Assembly (NCBI GenBank): GCA_050633305.1
Contig: JBOEGF010000043.1
Coordinates: forward strand, 192,001 to 256,000
DNA: 64,000 nucleotides
Direction of reading: 5' to 3'
Source: Nannocystales bacterium
Lineage (GTDB): Bacteria; Myxococcota_A; Polyangia; Nannocystales; Nannocystaceae
In this document: positions 10,085-19,717 of the stretch, piece after piece
Layout of the letters: every line of letters starts with the position of its first letter
Numbering within the stretch: position 1 is the first letter of the stretch
Position numbers and translations under genes: made by a program
Notes under the pieces: model-generated
The model's input: only the letters and a program-made list of their open reading frames with translations
Told to the model about the DNA's origin: nothing
The model's database searches: none

Positions 10085-13000
10085 ATGCTTTCGACGCGCC
10101 TGCGGCCGTTTCTGACGCCCTGCGCGTCAGGGTGGGCCCGGTCCGTCGCCTTGCTGGCGGGGATGTTCGTTGTCGCGTTCTTGGCACTCACGCCAACGAG
10201 AGCACACGCGAGCAACCCGGACGTGAAGTGGAAGACGCTCGAGACCGAGCACTTCTACATCCACTACTGGGCGGGACAGGAGGACGCGGCGGAACGCACC
10301 GCGATGATCTCCGAGAAGGCGTACTACGAACTGACCGGCGCGTGGGGGCACGACGTCTATCTCAAGACGCATCTCACCCTCAGCGACTCCCAAGACACCG
10401 CGAACGGCCGAGCGACGGCCAACCCCTACCCACAGGTCGTCGCCTACGTGACCGCGCCCGAGTCACTCTCGGTCCTCGAGACCTACGACGACTGGCTCGA
10501 CATCCTGATCACGCACGAGTTGGTGCACGTCATTCACCTCGACACCGTGCACGGCATCGCTCGGGCGGTGAACGCTGTATTCGGACTTGGGGTGCTCGGC
10601 AAGATCACGACCCCGAACATTGTGCAGCCCCGGTGGGTCGTCGAAGGCGTCGCCACCATGCACGAGTCGAAGTACTCGTCCATGGGCCGGTTGCGGTCTG
10701 CGCAGTTCGATGCGCTGTTGCGGATGGCCGTCTTGGACGGAACTTTTCAGACGCTCGATCAGATCAGCAGCGGCGCCCGGGTGTTTCCGCATGGAACCTC
10801 GGTCTACCTCTACGGCGCGCACTTCATGCACTACATCCTTGCCCGCTATGGCGAGGACAAGATTCGAGATCTGAGCCACGTCTACGCGACGCAGGTCATC
10901 CCGTACGGCATGAACAAGGCGATCGAGAAGGTCCTTGGCGTCACGTTCTACCAGCTGTGGCAGGAGTTCAAGGCGGACACGACGCGTCGGTTTCAAGCCC
11001 AAGCGCGGCGCATTCGGGCGCGTGGTCTTCGGCAGGGGCGACGCCTGACGTTCGGTGGTGAGACCACCCGGTACCCGTTCTGGTCGCGAGACGACCGCTA
11101 CGTGTACTTCTACAAGGGAGACGGTCACCGCGACGAGGGGGTCAAGCGCATCCGCTCGGGCGGCGGTCGGATCCGTGACGGCGTTGGCATCGGTCGGCAA
11201 GGTGCCGACGTAGACCTTCAGCAGGTGTTCGACATGGAGGACCCCGGCGCGGCGAGCTTTGTCGGGGCAACAGACGACATCGTGTTCGATCAGACGGGGA
11301 CGTACGACTACCGCTATCGGTTCAGCGACTTGTGGCGGTGGAACGGTGGGGACCCTCGAGGGTCCGAGCAGCTCACGTTCGGTATCCGTGCGAGCGAGCC
11401 CGATGTCTCCCCCGATGGCCGCAGCGTCGTGTTCCGACGCAACGATGTCGCGCAGTCGCGGCTGGGCTTCCTCGAACTCGACACGGGCGATGTTCGGGAG
11501 CTGCCGCCCATCGATCGATTGTCGCAGGTGTACACACCGCGCTGGAGTCCGAGCGGGGAGAAGGTGGCCTTCTCCGGTTTCGTCGAGGGCGGCTACCGCG
11601 ACATCTACGTCTACGACCTCGCTTCGGAGACGACTCAGCGAATCACCGCCGATCGGCATCTCGACATGTCTCCGTCGTGGTCCCCTGATGGGCGTTACGT
11701 CGTATTCGGAAGCGACCGCGACGACGTCTACAACGTCTACGCGTGGGATACGAAGGCCGAGACTCTACATCAGGTCAGCAACGTCCTCGGAGGCGCCTTC
11801 GAGCCGCGGGTGAGTCACGACGGTGAGCGTCTCGCGTATATCGGGTACGGGAAGAACGGCTACGACCTGTGGGTGATGGACTTCGACCCGAAGGGGTGGC
11901 TTGCGGTCCTTCCCACCGTCACGGATCTTCCCCCGGTCCAAGACCCCAAGCCCCAGATCGCAGGCCAGAACGGGCGCCCGCTGTCGTTGCAGTCGCATCG
12001 CTATCGCGCGATTGACACCTTCTACCCCCGGCTCTTCTTCCCGACCGCATTCGACTTTCAGTCGAGCGACTTCGGGACGGGTCTCGGGTTCGAGGCCGGC
12101 ATCACCGATGTGCAGGGCTACCACTCGGCCCTCATGTTCTTCAACTACGATGCGGATCAGCGCCTTGCGTCCGGGGCCGCCTCGTATCGCTTCGACCGGC
12201 TGTGGCCTGCATTCACATTCGGCGCGAGCCGAGGGATGGTGAACCGCGGTGGTTTCACGCGCTTCGACTATGATCGGCCGCTGGGGGCGGAGAACGATTC
12301 CTACGTCGTCTCGGGGTACCGCGAGCGTGTCAGTCGGCTGTCGCTCGGGACGAGTCTGCCCATCGTTCGCCACGCGCAGCACTCGGCCTCCTTCGGTGCC
12401 GAGTACGTATGGCGTCGCTGGGAGAACCTCGATGCCGACAGCGTGTTGATCGACCCCAACGCCCCCATCACACGCCTGCCCGAGGTCGGCGACGCAGGGG
12501 AGATCGCCTTCTCGACCTCGTATTCGAACGAGTCGGATGGGGGAGGGCGCTTCAGCTTTGGAGTTGAGCAGGGCCGCTCGGTGTCGGTTCGGGTTGGCGT
12601 GCTCGATCGTCGGCTCGGCGGCGAGTTCGGCGACATCAATACGAGCGTGTCGTACAACGAAACGATCCCAATGCCGTGGCGTGGACATCAATCCCTCGCG
12701 CTGCGGTGGCGAGGCGGCGCTTCGGCCGGTGGCTTTCGGCGCGGGGCGTTTTGCGTCGGGGACTACATCTCCGGCGGCGACGCCATTCGGGCCCTGCTCG
12801 GTCGGACCGGGTTTGGAACGTCGGGTTGCAGTCTGTTGCGCGGCTATGGGGTCGGTGCAGCCGATGGACGGTACTTTGCCCGCGCCACCGCCGAGTACCG
12901 CATTCCACTGGCGGACGTGGATCGCGGTGTGGGTACCCTGCCGGTGTTCATGTCACGGGTCGGGCTGATCCCGTTCGTCGACGTCGGCAACGCGTGGACC

Positions 13001-13171
13001 GACCCGACCGATGTCCGGGACGTGTTGGCGGGCAGTGGGGCAGCGCTCGTCTTCTCGTTCCGCATGGGATACGCGGAGGGCATCAACGTGTTCCTCAAGT
13101 ATGCCCACGGATTCATGCGGTCACTGGGCGGAACGGACACGTTCCGCTTGGTCGTCTCGACGAGCTTCTGA
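10085..13171 (+). CDS. Secreted/outer-membrane protein: gluzincin peptidase (MA-like) + TolB/PD40 beta-propeller + Omp85-type barrel
   Basis: Signal peptide ending AHA; THELVH and WVVEGVA; PD40 repeats (PDVSPDG, PRWSPSG, PSWSPDG); LLRGY, AEYRIPL, FVDVGNAW; C-terminal F. Confidence 0.8.
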   Translation: MLSTRLRPFLTPCASGWARSVALLAGMFVVAFLALTPTRAHASNPDVKWKTLETEHFYIHYWAGQEDAAERTAMISEKAYYELTGAWGHDVYLKTHLTLSDSQDTANGRATANPYPQVVAYVTAPESLSVLETYDDWLDILITHELVHVIHLDTVHGIARAVNAVFGLGVLGKITTPNIVQPRWVVEGVATMHESKYSSMGRLRSAQFDALLRMAVLDGTFQTLDQISSGARVFPHGTSVYLYGAHFMHYILARYGEDKIRDLSHVYATQVIPYGMNKAIEKVLGVTFYQLWQEFKADTTRRFQAQARRIRARGLRQGRRLTFGGETTRYPFWSRDDRYVYFYKGDGHRDEGVKRIRSGGGRIRDGVGIGRQGADVDLQQVFDMEDPGAASFVGATDDIVFDQTGTYDYRYRFSDLWRWNGGDPRGSEQLTFGIRASEPDVSPDGRSVVFRRNDVAQSRLGFLELDTGDVRELPPIDRLSQVYTPRWSPSGEKVAFSGFVEGGYRDIYVYDLASETTQRITADRHLDMSPSWSPDGRYVVFGSDRDDVYNVYAWDTKAETLHQVSNVLGGAFEPRVSHDGERLAYIGYGKNGYDLWVMDFDPKGWLAVLPTVTDLPPVQDPKPQIAGQNGRPLSLQSHRYRAIDTFYPRLFFPTAFDFQSSDFGTGLGFEAGITDVQGYHSALMFFNYDADQRLASGAASYRFDRLWPAFTFGASRGMVNRGGFTRFDYDRPLGAENDSYVVSGYRERVSRLSLGTSLPIVRHAQHSASFGAEYVWRRWENLDADSVLIDPNAPITRLPEVGDAGEIAFSTSYSNESDGGGRFSFGVEQGRSVSVRVGVLDRRLGGEFGDINTSVSYNETIPMPWRGHQSLALRWRGGASAGGFRRGAFCVGDYISGGDAIRALLGRTGFGTSGCSLLRGYGVGAADGRYFARATAEYRIPLADVDRGVGTLPVFMSRVGLIPFVDVGNAWTDPTDVRDVLAGSGAALVFSFRMGYAEGINVFLKYAHGFMRSLGGTDTFRLVVSTSF

Positions 13172-13193
13172 GCCCAGCGTAGGCTTGCGCAAG

Positions 13194-14702
13194 GTGTCGG
13201 ACGCTTCGACCAGCAGGCCCAACAGAGCTCGCATCGCGCAGGGCTGGGCTCGTCTTGTTGCGTGGTTGTTCTCGTCCGAGTGTTCGGCTGCGCTGGCCAT
13301 CTACCGCATCCTGTGGGGCGGCCTGATGGCGTGGGAGTCGTGGCGGTACTACATCCACGGTTGGACGTACCGCTACTACGTGGAGCCGAGCTTCCTGTTC
13401 AAGTACCCCGGCTTTGAGTGGGTCGAGGCGCTTGAGGGCCCGGGCATCGGGGCCCTGTCGATTGTGTTGATCGCGTCCGCGGTGCTCGTATCGGTCGGGC
13501 TGCTGTACCGACTGGCCTCGGCGGTGTTCTTCCTGGCGCACACCTACGAGTTCCTCCTTGGCGCGGCGAACTACCTCAACCACGCGTACCTGATCAGCTT
13601 GCTGGCGGGGTTGATGATCCTCGTTCCTGCCCATCGCACGTTGTCCCTCGACGCGCTGATCCGGCCTAAGGTCGCCTCGAGCGTTGTTGCGGTGTGGCCC
13701 CGAGCGCTGATCCTCATCCAGCTGGGCATCGTTTACGTCTACGGGGCGGTCGCGAAGTTCAACGTGGACTGGATGGTCTACCACCAGCCGATTCGGCGCT
13801 GGATGAAGGGCTCCGCGAACCGGGTCGCGAAGACGCCTTGGATACGCTGGGTGGAGTCGGTGCAACAATCGGTCTTTCCCGATGGAGTTCCGCTGACCGA
13901 GCGCTTGCACGACTTCGTCGCCTCGGAGGCCTTCACGGTGTTCATCGCGCACGGCGGGGTGCTCTTCGACCTTCTCATCGCACCCGCGTTGGCGTGGAAG
14001 AAGACGCGTCGGTTCGCGGTGGTCGCCGCGGTCGGATTCCACGTCTCGAACATGCACTTGTTCTCGATCGGGGTGTTTCCTTGGCTGATGCTGGCGGCAA
14101 CGACCCTGTTCTTGGAGCCCGATTGGGCGTTTCGGATTCCGAAGCTCGGGGCAAGGCTGGAGCGCGCGGTCACGTGGATGTCGTCGCGCGGGGCCGGGAT
14201 TGTCGCCGTGCCGAAGCGCGCGAGCGTCTGGGCTGCGCTGTGGGTCGCGTACCTGTCCGTGCAGATTCTCGTCCCGCTGCGACACCATCTGTACCCGGGC
14301 GATGTCGCGTGGACCGAGGAGGGGCACGTTTGCTCGTGGCGGATGAAGCTGCGCTCCAAGAAGGGCTCGGTGAAGTTCCGCGTGGTGGATGTGGTCACGC
14401 AGGAAACGTGGACCGTGGATCCGAAGACCGAGCTGACCAAGAGACAGGCTCGGAAGATCCGAGGGAAGCCCGAACTCATCCGGCAATATGCCAACCATCT
14501 GGTCGAGCGTTACCGCCGGGACGAAGACCGAATCGTGAACGTATACGTCGACGCGATGACTGCCTTGAACTATCGAAAACCGCAGCGCTTCATCGATCCT
14601 GACTTCGAGCTGGGTCACGAGCCCGCATCGCTGGGCCCGTATCGCTGGGTGCTGCCGATGAAGTGGTCCGAGCCGCCGCATCCCGGAGCCGCAACACCAT
14701 GA
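13194..14702 (+). CDS. HTTM-domain protein, vitamin-K-dependent gamma-glutamyl carboxylase-like
   Basis: LAIYRILWG, FLFKYPGFEWV, YLNHAYL, YGAVAKFNVDW, FSIGVFPW, WTEEGHxxSWRMKL. Start uncertain. Confidence 0.85.
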   Translation: MSDASTSRPNRARIAQGWARLVAWLFSSECSAALAIYRILWGGLMAWESWRYYIHGWTYRYYVEPSFLFKYPGFEWVEALEGPGIGALSIVLIASAVLVSVGLLYRLASAVFFLAHTYEFLLGAANYLNHAYLISLLAGLMILVPAHRTLSLDALIRPKVASSVVAVWPRALILIQLGIVYVYGAVAKFNVDWMVYHQPIRRWMKGSANRVAKTPWIRWVESVQQSVFPDGVPLTERLHDFVASEAFTVFIAHGGVLFDLLIAPALAWKKTRRFAVVAAVGFHVSNMHLFSIGVFPWLMLAATTLFLEPDWAFRIPKLGARLERAVTWMSSRGAGIVAVPKRASVWAALWVAYLSVQILVPLRHHLYPGDVAWTEEGHVCSWRMKLRSKKGSVKFRVVDVVTQETWTVDPKTELTKRQARKIRGKPELIRQYANHLVERYRRDEDRIVNVYVDAMTALNYRKPQRFIDPDFELGHEPASLGPYRWVLPMKWSEPPHPGAATP

Positions 14703-15241
14703 CCGGAACCCTTCGTGTTGCGCTCGTGCACCACCCGGTGCTCAACCGCCACGGTGAAGAGATCGCGTCGGTCGTGGATGAGTTCGATGTCTTCGATGGT
14801 GGTCGCCTCGCGCTGACCTACGGCGTTCCGACGCTGTATGTGGTCAACCCCGTCCCCGCGCAGCGGGACAAGGCGCAACGCGTCATCGCGCATGGTCAGA
14901 GTGACACGCGCGACCCGGCGCGGGGTCGCATGGACGCGCTGCAGTGGTGTGCGAGCCTCGAGGACGCGATCGAAGATGCGTCTCGACCGGAGGTCCCTTG
15001 GGTCGTCGCGACGAGTGCCGTCGCGCGGGAACCCGCAGCATCCGTCTCGGGCGTGCGTGAGGCGGTTCGCGGCGGACGGGACGTGCTGTTGGTGATCGGG
15101 AAAGCGTGGGGACTGGCGCCCCAGGTGCTAGAGCGGTGCGACGCGCAACTGGCTCCGATCGACGCGGGGACGGGCTTCAACCACCTCTCGGTTCGCAGTG
15201 CAATGGCGATCCTCATCGATCGACTCTGTGCCCCGGCGTAG
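14699..15241 (+). CDS. SPOUT-class SAM-dependent RNA methyltransferase (family often fused to or beside TrmD)
   Basis: VALVHHPVLN, TYG, WVVATSA, GKAWGL, FNHLSVRSAMAILIDRL; ATGA overlap. Confidence 0.82.
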   Translation: MTGTLRVALVHHPVLNRHGEEIASVVDEFDVFDGGRLALTYGVPTLYVVNPVPAQRDKAQRVIAHGQSDTRDPARGRMDALQWCASLEDAIEDASRPEVPWVVATSAVAREPAASVSGVREAVRGGRDVLLVIGKAWGLAPQVLERCDAQLAPIDAGTGFNHLSVRSAMAILIDRLCAPA

Positions 15242-15256
15242 AACCGGCCGTGGGTG

Positions 15257-16345
15257 TCATGAGAGGCCGTCGAGGGCGTCCCACAGGGCGGCGGCGCGGC
15301 GCGTCGGCTCGTACGCACTGAGCTCTCGGCGGAACGAGTAGTTGCGACGGAGGTTCTCGAAAACCGCGGCGCGTTCGTGCCCTCGAGGCTGGAGTCGTGC
15401 ACGCATCTCCGCGTCGGTGGAGTGCAGAGAGTGCACGACGCCTAGTACTGAGGCGGCATCGGCGTCCGCCGCCAATGGGCGGGGCGCTGGGAGGACGGCA
15501 CTCGCATCGAAGGTCGGGGCGAGCCCAAACGTCCGACAGAACGCGGCATGAATCATCGCGGTGCCGCGGGCCTTTCCTTCCGCGGTGTAGCCGGCGATGT
15601 GGGGCGTAGCCAGGCGAACGCGAGGATGCGAGAGCAGGGGCCAACGCAGGTTCGGCTCGCCTTCCCAGACGTCGAGCACCGCCTCTCCGCGGCCAGCGTC
15701 GAGCCACGCATGCAGGGCCGCGTTGTCCAGCACGTCTCCGCGGCTGGTGTTGAGGACGAGCGCGTCTGGCCGGACGCGGCGCAACCCCTCTGCGTCGAGC
15801 AAGTGTTTGGTCTTGTGGGCGCCGTCCCGAACGCGTGGCACATGAAACGAAAGCGTGTTGCAGCGCTCGAGCAGCGCGTCGAGCGAGAGGAAGGCTTCGG
15901 GGTCCGCGTTCGCTTCGGCACGTGGCGGATCACAGACCCACACCTCGAACCCAAGTCGTCGCAGCGCGGTGACGAGCCGCCGACCGATCTGCCCAAACCC
16001 CACGACGCCCACCGGACCGCGGAGCTCGGAGTGACCCAACGTCGCCGCCAGGACGTACTCGACCACGGCGCGTGCGTTGCATCCCGGGGCGTGGGCGAAC
16101 GTGATGCCCGCCGCACGGAGCGCGGGGACGTCGACGTGGTCGATGCCAGCGGTCGCACTACCCACAAACCGGACGTTGGTCCCTTGCAGCAGGTCTGCAT
16201 CGACCCGGGTCACACTGCGCACGACAAGGGCGTCTGCGGCGAGGAGATGCGCCTTCGTGATCTCGGCGCCGCGGACTCGAACGGGGTCCGAGAACGCGTC
16301 TGCAAGATGCGGGATCGCGTCGTCGGCGACGACCCTAGGGATCAC
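15257..16345 (-). CDS. pdxB: 4-phosphoerythronate dehydrogenase
   Basis: ADALVVRSVTRV, FVGSATAGIDHVD, APGCNARAVVEYV, NTSRG, LDVWEGEP, TPHIAGY, LRRNYxxRRE. GTG overlaps the upstream TGA. Confidence 0.9.
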   Translation of the reverse strand: MIPRVVADDAIPHLADAFSDPVRVRGAEITKAHLLAADALVVRSVTRVDADLLQGTNVRFVGSATAGIDHVDVPALRAAGITFAHAPGCNARAVVEYVLAATLGHSELRGPVGVVGFGQIGRRLVTALRRLGFEVWVCDPPRAEANADPEAFLSLDALLERCNTLSFHVPRVRDGAHKTKHLLDAEGLRRVRPDALVLNTSRGDVLDNAALHAWLDAGRGEAVLDVWEGEPNLRWPLLSHPRVRLATPHIAGYTAEGKARGTAMIHAAFCRTFGLAPTFDASAVLPAPRPLAADADAASVLGVVHSLHSTDAEMRARLQPRGHERAAVFENLRRNYSFRRELSAYEPTRRAAALWDALDGLS

Positions 16346-17553
16346 GATGGACCGATGGCGCGGACCTCGACCGAGAGGATGTCCTGGTGCGCCCGGAGCT
16401 TGGTCAGCAATCCGTCGGTGGGTTCGCGCTGCACGACGATGGTTGCGCTTGCCGCTTCGTTCCCGCGGAAGATGACGTTTTGCATCTCTTGGACGTTGGT
16501 GTCCTCTTCTCGGAGTGACTGCAGCACCGACGCGAGGACGCCGACGCGGTCGCGGTGGCGGACGACGATGCTCCAGCCGGTCTCGCGTTGCGGGACGACA
16601 TTGACCACGTTGGCAACCTCGCCACTGTCCATGTAGCCGCCGATGATGCGTACGACTTCGGCTGCGGTGGCGAGCTGTGCTTGCTCGGTCGAAGCGCCAA
16701 TGTGGGGGGTTCCGTAGATGCCCGCGACGTTCTGCAGCGGGGTCTCGAAGGCTGCGTCGCCTCCAGCGGGCTCTTCTTCGAAGACGTCGAGGCCGGCGCG
16801 AACCTTGCCACTGGAGACCGCATCTCGGAGCGCCGCGTCGTCCACCACCCCGCCGCGGGCGGTGTGCAGGAACATCGCGCCGTCTTTCATGCGGGCAAAC
16901 TGCGACGCGCCGATCAGGTGCTTGGTCGCTGCGCTGAACGGGACGTGCACGCTGATCGCATCGCACTCGTCGAGCAGGTCATCGAGTTGTGCGTAGGCCT
17001 TGACCCCGAATGCGCTGGCCCGGCTCTCGGTCAGGCTTCGGCTGTAGGCACCCACCTCCATGCCGAACGCCTGGGCTCGGGCCGCGACGGCCTGGGCGAT
17101 CGCGCCGAAGCCGACGAGTCCGAGCCGTCGACCAAGCAAGCCGGCGGCCTTGCCGTAGTGCTTCTTCCGCCACTTCCCCGCGCGCAGGTCAGCGACGGCG
17201 TCGGGGATACGCCGGTCCATCGCAAGGAGGAGCCCCATGGTGAGCTCCGCCACGGCGATCGCGTTGCGTCCGGGGCAGTTGGCCACGAAGACGCCGTTGC
17301 GACTCGCGGCGTCGAGGTCGATCGTGTTGACCCCAGCTCCGGCCCGAACCACGAGGCCGAGCCCCGAAGCCGCATCGAACGCGGCTGCGGTGACCTTGGT
17401 CGAGCGCACCACAAGCGCCCCGGCGCCGGTCTCACGCAGGGCTTCTGGGATGGTCTCGGCGTTGAGATCGGGCCTGGAATCGACCGTCAAGCCGAGATCG
17501 CGCAGGTTTGCGAGTCCTGCAGCAGGCAACTTGTCAGCGATGAGCACCAGCAT
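16342..17553 (-). CDS. serA: D-3-phosphoglycerate dehydrogenase-like protein with C-terminal ACT domain
   Basis: RAGAGVNTID, NAIAVAE, GFGAIA, TARGG, DVFEEEP, TPHIGASTEQAQ, ACT HRDRVGVL. Confidence 0.82.
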   Translation of the reverse strand: MLVLIADKLPAAGLANLRDLGLTVDSRPDLNAETIPEALRETGAGALVVRSTKVTAAAFDAASGLGLVVRAGAGVNTIDLDAASRNGVFVANCPGRNAIAVAELTMGLLLAMDRRIPDAVADLRAGKWRKKHYGKAAGLLGRRLGLVGFGAIAQAVAARAQAFGMEVGAYSRSLTESRASAFGVKAYAQLDDLLDECDAISVHVPFSAATKHLIGASQFARMKDGAMFLHTARGGVVDDAALRDAVSSGKVRAGLDVFEEEPAGGDAAFETPLQNVAGIYGTPHIGASTEQAQLATAAEVVRIIGGYMDSGEVANVVNVVPQRETGWSIVVRHRDRVGVLASVLQSLREEDTNVQEMQNVIFRGNEAASATIVVQREPTDGLLTKLRAHQDILSVEVRAIGPS

Positions 17554-17612
17554 CCGCCTTCGTTTATCACAGGGGTGGCGCGCCTCCGCGGGCCGCGATA
17601 TCCCATCGATGC

Positions 17613-19622
17613 GTGAGCTTGCGACGACGAGCAATGGCCTGGTGCGTCGGCGCGACGTTGTTGCTTGGGTGTGACACGCAGCCGGTCGCCGAACCCGAGG
17701 ATCCCGCCGTCTCCGAGACGTCCACCGGCACGCCGCAGGAGCCCGGTGAATCACCGCCTGTCGAGGCACCGCCGACCGAGCCCGAGGGCCCCAAGCCCGT
17801 GGTGTTGCCCAAGCCGGAGGCCGCGGGGAACTGCCCCGAGAACGACGACCCGGCGGTCGGGATTCTGCTCAACCCGCGCCAACCGGTCCGCGGCGAAACG
17901 GTGACTGTACTCGCGGCGACGCTTCGGACCGAAGCGCCGCTCGCCCTTCGGCTTCAGGGAAAAGGCGACACGCCAGAGGTCCAGCTGACCCACCGCTACG
18001 GTGTGCCCTCGGCGGTGATCGGTCGGTTCACGGCGAACGACGAGGTTCGAGTCGTCGTGGGACAAGAGGGACGCGGCCTCGCGTGTCTCACGGTTCGTCC
18101 CAAAGGAGCATCGTCGTCCCGCCCTCGGCGGACGAGTGACGACGGTGTCTGGCCCGTCACCCGCGGGTGGGATGCCGGGGAAGAGGCACTGTTCTCGGCC
18201 TGGGTGCGGGAGCTGTTCACCGCACCCCGGGGCGAAGAGCTGGCGTGGGAGCGCTTCGACCTGGTGAGCGCAGACGCGACGCGCAACCTGCTGCATGACC
18301 ACAACAATTGGTCCGAGGACGCCCCGCAAGACTCGGGCGGGCTGCGGCTCAAGCCCGACTGCGCCGACCTCCCCTACTTTCTGCGGGCCTACTACTCGTG
18401 GAAGCGCCAGCTCCCATTCGGGTTCCGCCGTTGTTCTCGCGGGCGGGGCAAGGCTCCCGAGTGTGGGATGCTCCGCGGGAGTCTCGGGCCGCCCGAGAAC
18501 CCTCCGGACGCCCGCAAGCCGGGGGAGCTGGGCGCCGTGCAGAAGTTCTTCCGCCGCACCCTCGCCTGGGGGGTGCACTCGGGCAACGGCCGGACCGCCC
18601 TGAACGCGGATGACACCGACCTGTATCCGGTGGCCCTGCGCCGCGATGCCCTGCGACCCGGGACGACGTATGCCGATCCCTACGGGCACCTGTTCGTGCT
18701 CGTCGAGTGGGTGCCGCCTGCGCCGGGTGAGCCGGGCATCTTGTACGCCGTCGATGGTCAGCCCGATGGCAGCATCACGCGCAAGCGCTTCTGGGAGGGC
18801 AACTTCTTGTGGAACCCAGACCCGAGCCTGGGGGGCAGTGGATTCAAGGCGTTCCGCCCCCACCTGACCGAGACCGCGGATGGCACCCGGAGCGTTGCTG
18901 TGCCCACGAACGCCCAGCTGGCGTCGATGCCCGGGTACGAGGATTTCAGCATGGAGCAGGGCTCGCTCGAACCCGAGGCCTTCTACGATCAGATGGACGC
19001 CCTGATCACGCCGGGCCATCGCGACGCGATTGCCGATCAGCGTGCTGCCATGGCGGCGCTCCTCGAAGCGGCCAAGGTTCGCGTGACCTCGGTGAAGAAC
19101 GGGGATGCGCATGTCGCCAAGGGGGCGACCATCGAGATGCCCAGCGGTCACGCGATCTTCGAGACCACGGGCGCGTGGGAAAACTTCTCCACGCCCGCGC
19201 GCGACCTTCGACTGCTGATCGCCATCGACCTGGTCCGGGGGTTCGAGGACAAAGTCGCGCGCAACGCCGACGTTTACGTTCGGGGCGGCCAGTCGATGGA
19301 GGCATTGCGGGCTGAGTTGAAGACCGCTCGGGAAGCGCTCCTGGCCGACCCGAAGGCAACATTTTCGTACGTCCGCAGCGACGGCTCTGCGTGGACACTG
19401 ACCGTGGCCGACTTGGTCGCCCGCGCCGAAGCCTTCGAGCTCGGCTACAACCCGAACGACTGTCCCGAAATCCGGTGGGGGGCGCCGGAGGGGAGCGACG
19501 AGCGCAAACCCTGTCGTCGTCGGGCCCCCGAGTTGCAGCGCCGAAAGATGGCCGCCTATCGGCCGTGGTTTGCCAAGCGACAGCGCCCGCCCCGTGGGGA
19601 CCCTGGGCCTGCGGTGGAGTGA
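17613..19622 (+). CDS. Large lipoprotein with a possible papain-like (NlpC/P60-type) Cys-His-Asp domain
   Basis: RRR + hydrophobic stretch + LLGC lipobox; Pro-rich linker; DCAD...YGH...AVD motifs. Confidence 0.65.
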   Translation: MSLRRRAMAWCVGATLLLGCDTQPVAEPEDPAVSETSTGTPQEPGESPPVEAPPTEPEGPKPVVLPKPEAAGNCPENDDPAVGILLNPRQPVRGETVTVLAATLRTEAPLALRLQGKGDTPEVQLTHRYGVPSAVIGRFTANDEVRVVVGQEGRGLACLTVRPKGASSSRPRRTSDDGVWPVTRGWDAGEEALFSAWVRELFTAPRGEELAWERFDLVSADATRNLLHDHNNWSEDAPQDSGGLRLKPDCADLPYFLRAYYSWKRQLPFGFRRCSRGRGKAPECGMLRGSLGPPENPPDARKPGELGAVQKFFRRTLAWGVHSGNGRTALNADDTDLYPVALRRDALRPGTTYADPYGHLFVLVEWVPPAPGEPGILYAVDGQPDGSITRKRFWEGNFLWNPDPSLGGSGFKAFRPHLTETADGTRSVAVPTNAQLASMPGYEDFSMEQGSLEPEAFYDQMDALITPGHRDAIADQRAAMAALLEAAKVRVTSVKNGDAHVAKGATIEMPSGHAIFETTGAWENFSTPARDLRLLIAIDLVRGFEDKVARNADVYVRGGQSMEALRAELKTAREALLADPKATFSYVRSDGSAWTLTVADLVARAEAFELGYNPNDCPEIRWGAPEGSDERKPCRRRAPELQRRKMAAYRPWFAKRQRPPRGDPGPAVE

Positions 19623-19717
19623 GGACCACTGCGGGGCGCTGCCGCGATCCGGGCGCCTTCGCTCGAAGACGCATCACAACCCCGAGCCGGGGAATGCGAT
19701 ACGCTTTGCAGGACGTC

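Noticed and set aside
15257..16966. 569-aa extended PdxB
   Set aside because: The extension is an off-frame overlap with the serA-like gene; the GTGA overlap at 16342-16345 gives the natural start.
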